This document shows, one piece after another, positions 60,630 to 64,000 of a stretch of 64,000 nt of DNA. The notes beneath the pieces were generated by a model. The model saw only the letters and a list, made by a program, of their open reading frames with translations. It had not been told where the DNA came from and did no database searches. A program made the position numbers and the translations under genes. Source of the stretch: Octopus bimaculoides (taxonomy: Eukaryota); contig NC_068985.1 of the NCBI RefSeq assembly GCF_001194135.2, positions 21,266,266-21,330,265 on the forward strand. The letters run 5' to 3'. The stretch's first letter is position 1. The number at the start of each line of letters is the position of its first letter.

Positions 60630-60894
60630 TTAATGTTGGAAGTAATTCTAAACTGGTTATTCTTGTAAACTGAGGAAGTGTTAATTTCTAATGGTTTTAC
60701 TTTATCCTGTTAATGTAAATATTTCTTCAATATTTATATTCCAGTGCACAAAACATATTCAATGTTGTTTATTCTTGAATTCACATCATAGTATCCTCTT
60801 ATATGATTTTTTTTAATAACACCATAAAGTATAATCAAAATCTAATTCAGAAATCTTAGACACTTAGAAATGTTGTTTTCAGTATATATTGACA

Positions 60895-61280
60895 ATAAAT
60901 CTTTTATCTTTTACTGGATTTTGTCATTGGTCTGCAGCCATGCTGGGGCACTGCCTTGAAAGGTTTCATCAAACCGACTTCAGTATTTATTTTTAAAATC
61001 TGGTACTTATTCTCTCAGTGTCTTTTGTTGAACTGCTAAGTTGGGGGATATAAACCAACCAACACCAGTTGTCAAGCAGTTGGAGGTGGGGACACACACA
61101 CACGTTCATGGCAGACTTCCACATAATTTCCATTTTCGAAATTCACTCACAAAGGTATTGGTCAACTCAGGGCTTCAGTAAACGACACCCAAGGTGCTGC
61201 ACAGTCAGACTGAACCTGAAGCCATGTAGTTCCAAAGCCAACTTCTTAACCACACAGTCATGCCTGCACCAAGCTGGTAC
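60895..61280 (-). mobile_element. CORE-like SINE, full length, diverged
   Basis: Tail gcagccatgctggggcactgcc...gttgtcaagc; head acccaaggtgctgcacag...gaacc...cttcttaaccacacag. Confidence 0.7.
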
Positions 61281-61790
61281 TTACACATGTATACTACAAA
61301 TACTAGATAGGATTTCTCTTCCATTAAATGATCAAAGAACAACTGACTAGTCATCACAAAAAATTGCTCTGAACAAGAGAGGTTATTTGTAAACAAAAAA
61401 TTCTAAGCAAATGAATGCAATGATTTATTTTCGTATGCATACTTTCTATATAGAGCAGATTGTATTTTGGTATAATATAAACACATATCTCCCTTAGTAC
61501 TATTAACAAAAAAAGAGGAGAGGGGGAGGGAGAAAGCCCTTTTAATTATATAAAAGACCACAGGTAATGTTCTTCTTCAGTACTTTTTTAATAGCTCTCT
61601 AGATTACATGCTACATTTTTGTTCATATACATGATTAAATGGTTTCTACAATATGTTGAACATTTTAAGTGGCATTATGCCAATGTAATAAATCCTTAGC
61701 AATTATTTGAAGGTGTATTCATTTTCATAATAATTTTCATAAATCAATACTTCTAATTTATATGATCCTGATTTCATATACTCTGTTCAG

Positions 61791-61814
61791 GAAAAGCCAG
61801 ATTGGCTCCGATAT
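61791..61814 (+). other. Candidate 24-nt micro-exon
   Basis: ctctgttcag|GAAAAGCCAGATTGGCTCCGATAT|gtaagt; near-consensus splice sites, all three frames open. Confidence 0.3.
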
Positions 61815-62292
61815 GTAAGTATCATGACATCATGGGTGTCATAGAGAACATAAAAATGGGTGTAGGGTTCTAAAAAAATAGTTTTCAGGATAATTACAAA
61901 CATATGTAAGTAATGTTTCTTCCCAAAAAGCAAATATCACATGCCTTTTAGAAATTTTTCTTATGTCTATGACCTGTTAAAACAGGGACAAAAGAAGTAT
62001 CTTTACAACTAGAAATATTTATCTTCTGAGCAACTAATATAGAATTTCCCTTTCTGTGAGAATTATTTTTCTTTCGTAAATACCTTCTCGAAATATGTTT
62101 TCTCTTTCAAACATATATACATTCGTCATGGAATATAATTTCCTTATTGTCTTTAATGCTTATACTTACAACATTTGTGAACAGAGTTCAGCTAAGGCAT
62201 TACAAATATTATGTTTGCTACTCTTTCAACATTCTATCAAAACATTATCTTTTGGTGATAAATAAATGTACAATGCATTTTCATTATAGGTA

Positions 62293-62448
62293 CAGGCATG
62301 GCTGTATGGTTAAGATGCTTGCTTCACAACCACATGGTTTTAGGTTCAGTCCCATTGTGTGGCAACTTGGGCAAGTGTCTTTTACTATGACTCCTGACCG
62401 ACCAAAGCTTTTGAGAAGATTTAGTCAATGGAAATTGAAAGAAGCCTG

Positions 62449-62486
<38 letters not shown>

Positions 62487-62734
62487 TCTTTTACTCTTAT
62501 TTGNNNNNNNNNNTATATATATATATACTCTTTTACTCTTATTTGTTTCAGTCATTTGACTGCGGCCATGCTGGAGCGCTGCCTTTAGTCAAACAAATTG
62601 ACCCCAGGATTCATTCTTTGTAAGCCTAGTATTTATTCTATTAGTCTCTTTTGCCAAACTAAGTTATGGGGACATAAACACACCAGCATTGGTTGTCAAG
62701 CGATGGTGAGGGTAGGACAAACATACACACACAC

Positions 62735-62780
<46 letters not shown>

Positions 62781-62905
62781 ACAAATCCACTCACAAGACT
62801 TTGGTTGGCCCGAGGCTATAGTAGAAGACACTTGCCCAAGGTGCCATGCAGTGGGACTGAACCCAGAACCATGTGGTTGGTAAGCAAGCTTCTTACCACA
62901 CAGCC
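62293..62905. mobile_element. Two CORE-like SINEs: + head (62293-62455) abutting the tail of a full-length - copy (62520-62905)
   Basis: ggcatggctgtatggttaag...ttgggcaagtgtc on +; ctatagtagaagacacttgcccaagg...gaacccagaaccatgtgg on -; (TA)n between. Confidence 0.85.
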
Positions 62906-63623
62906 ACTCATATGCATTCCTAACTTTGCGGACTCATGGGTGCGCTAGTACCACATAAATACACCTGTGCCAGTGCTGTGTAAAAGCACCCAGTACACTC
63001 TGTAAAGTGGTTGGCATTAGGAAGGGCATCCAGCTATAGAAACCATATATATATATTTGTGTGTGTGTGTGTTAGTGTTCCATTGTTTTTACATTGCATG
63101 ATAACTAAAAAGTCCCTGTTACGTAAGTGAAGTTCTCCATTTCCAGTCTTCCATGGAAACTTGGGGAAATAGATGAGGGTTGGTGACAGGAAGGGCATCT
63201 CACCGAAAAAAATTTGCTTCAACAACAAATTCCATCCAATCCATTCAAGCATGGGAAAGTGGACATTAAACCAATGATGATAGCTCTTGTAGTAATATAT
63301 TTTTTCCCTCTCAGAGTGAATTAAATTACTTGACAAACATCGTTCACCTTTATTTTGAAACAAACTAATTAGTGACCAATGCTTTGTTATTATTTCATTA
63401 AAATTGTCCCTAATCTACATAAATGTTGACTGTCACCAACACTAATTACTCATATTTTTACGTCCATTTTTAACTCATCTCAACTTGAAATTACATCCAA
63501 GTTGTTCTGTTTTCGTTGATGAGATTTCATTTCTACAGAATGTACTACTTAAAGCACATGAACTTGCCTGTTTATAAACGCAAACAGTTGAGGGTATGAG
63601 CTGAACATCCACAGTCACTAAAG

Positions 63624-63902
63624 CAGTGGTTCTTGACTGGGTTCCATATGGCCTTAAGAGGGTCTACGTAAGATTTTTTGTTAAAATTTGAGCAATAAAT
63701 TGCTAAAAAATTGCTTATACTTCTACAATATACAAAATATTTTATCAATTTTTTAAAAATATTATTCCAAATGATATTTAATAATAATAATAATAATAAT
63801 ACACTAGGATTTTTTTTTAAACACTGAATGGCTATGAGGGTCCACCAGAGTAAAATATGAAACAAAGGGGGTCCATAGATAAGAAGTGGTTGAGAGCTAC
63901 TG
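63624..63902 (-). mobile_element. hAT-type MITE (same family as 5629 and 44033) with 8-bp TSD
   Basis: Ends cagtggttcttgac / gttgagagctactg; flanks cactaaag and ctctaaag (7/8 identical). Confidence 0.8.
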
Positions 63903-64000
63903 CTCTAAAGGAAGCTTGATATCTAAAGGAGTTAAAGACCAAACAATGATGAACCTTTGACAAGCCACATATTTTTAGGTGATATGCCAGCCATCCAACC

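Noticed and set aside
62480-62545. Duplicated atatatactcttttactcttatttg on both sides of a 10-N gap
   Set aside because: Typical contig-overlap artefact at a scaffold join.

Overview
AT-rich, repeat-dense eukaryotic genomic DNA with six N gaps. The SINE/RTE/mariner repeat families and (TA)n, (CA)n and (GAT)n microsatellites look like octopus/cephalopod DNA (inference from recalled repeat families, not a database hit). One gene is clear: four spliced + strand exons (32104-40593) of a MINDY1/2 (FAM63)-type K48 deubiquitinase with intact Gln/Cys/His catalytic motifs and a ~290-aa low-complexity N-terminal extension. Its start exon and 3' exons were not found. Downstream on the - strand (48.2-54.7 kb) are well-signalled exon candidates for an unannotated, probably secreted, cysteine-rich protein, apparently nested antisense in a MINDY intron. 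The rest is decayed LINEs (RTE, CR1/L2/Jockey-group, an RNase H-bearing LINE, R4/Dong-like), Tc1/mariner and hAT relics, hAT and piggyBac MITEs, and several tRNA-derived SINE families. The most unusual signals are a core-intact minimal hammerhead-ribozyme motif at 2004-2048 and a ~350-bp palindrome at 20.6-21.0 kb. The palindrome is made of two head-to-head copies of a tRNA-head element carrying a Penelope-type hammerhead motif. Repeat boundaries are approximate (read by eye); exon and ribozyme coordinates were counted base by base.
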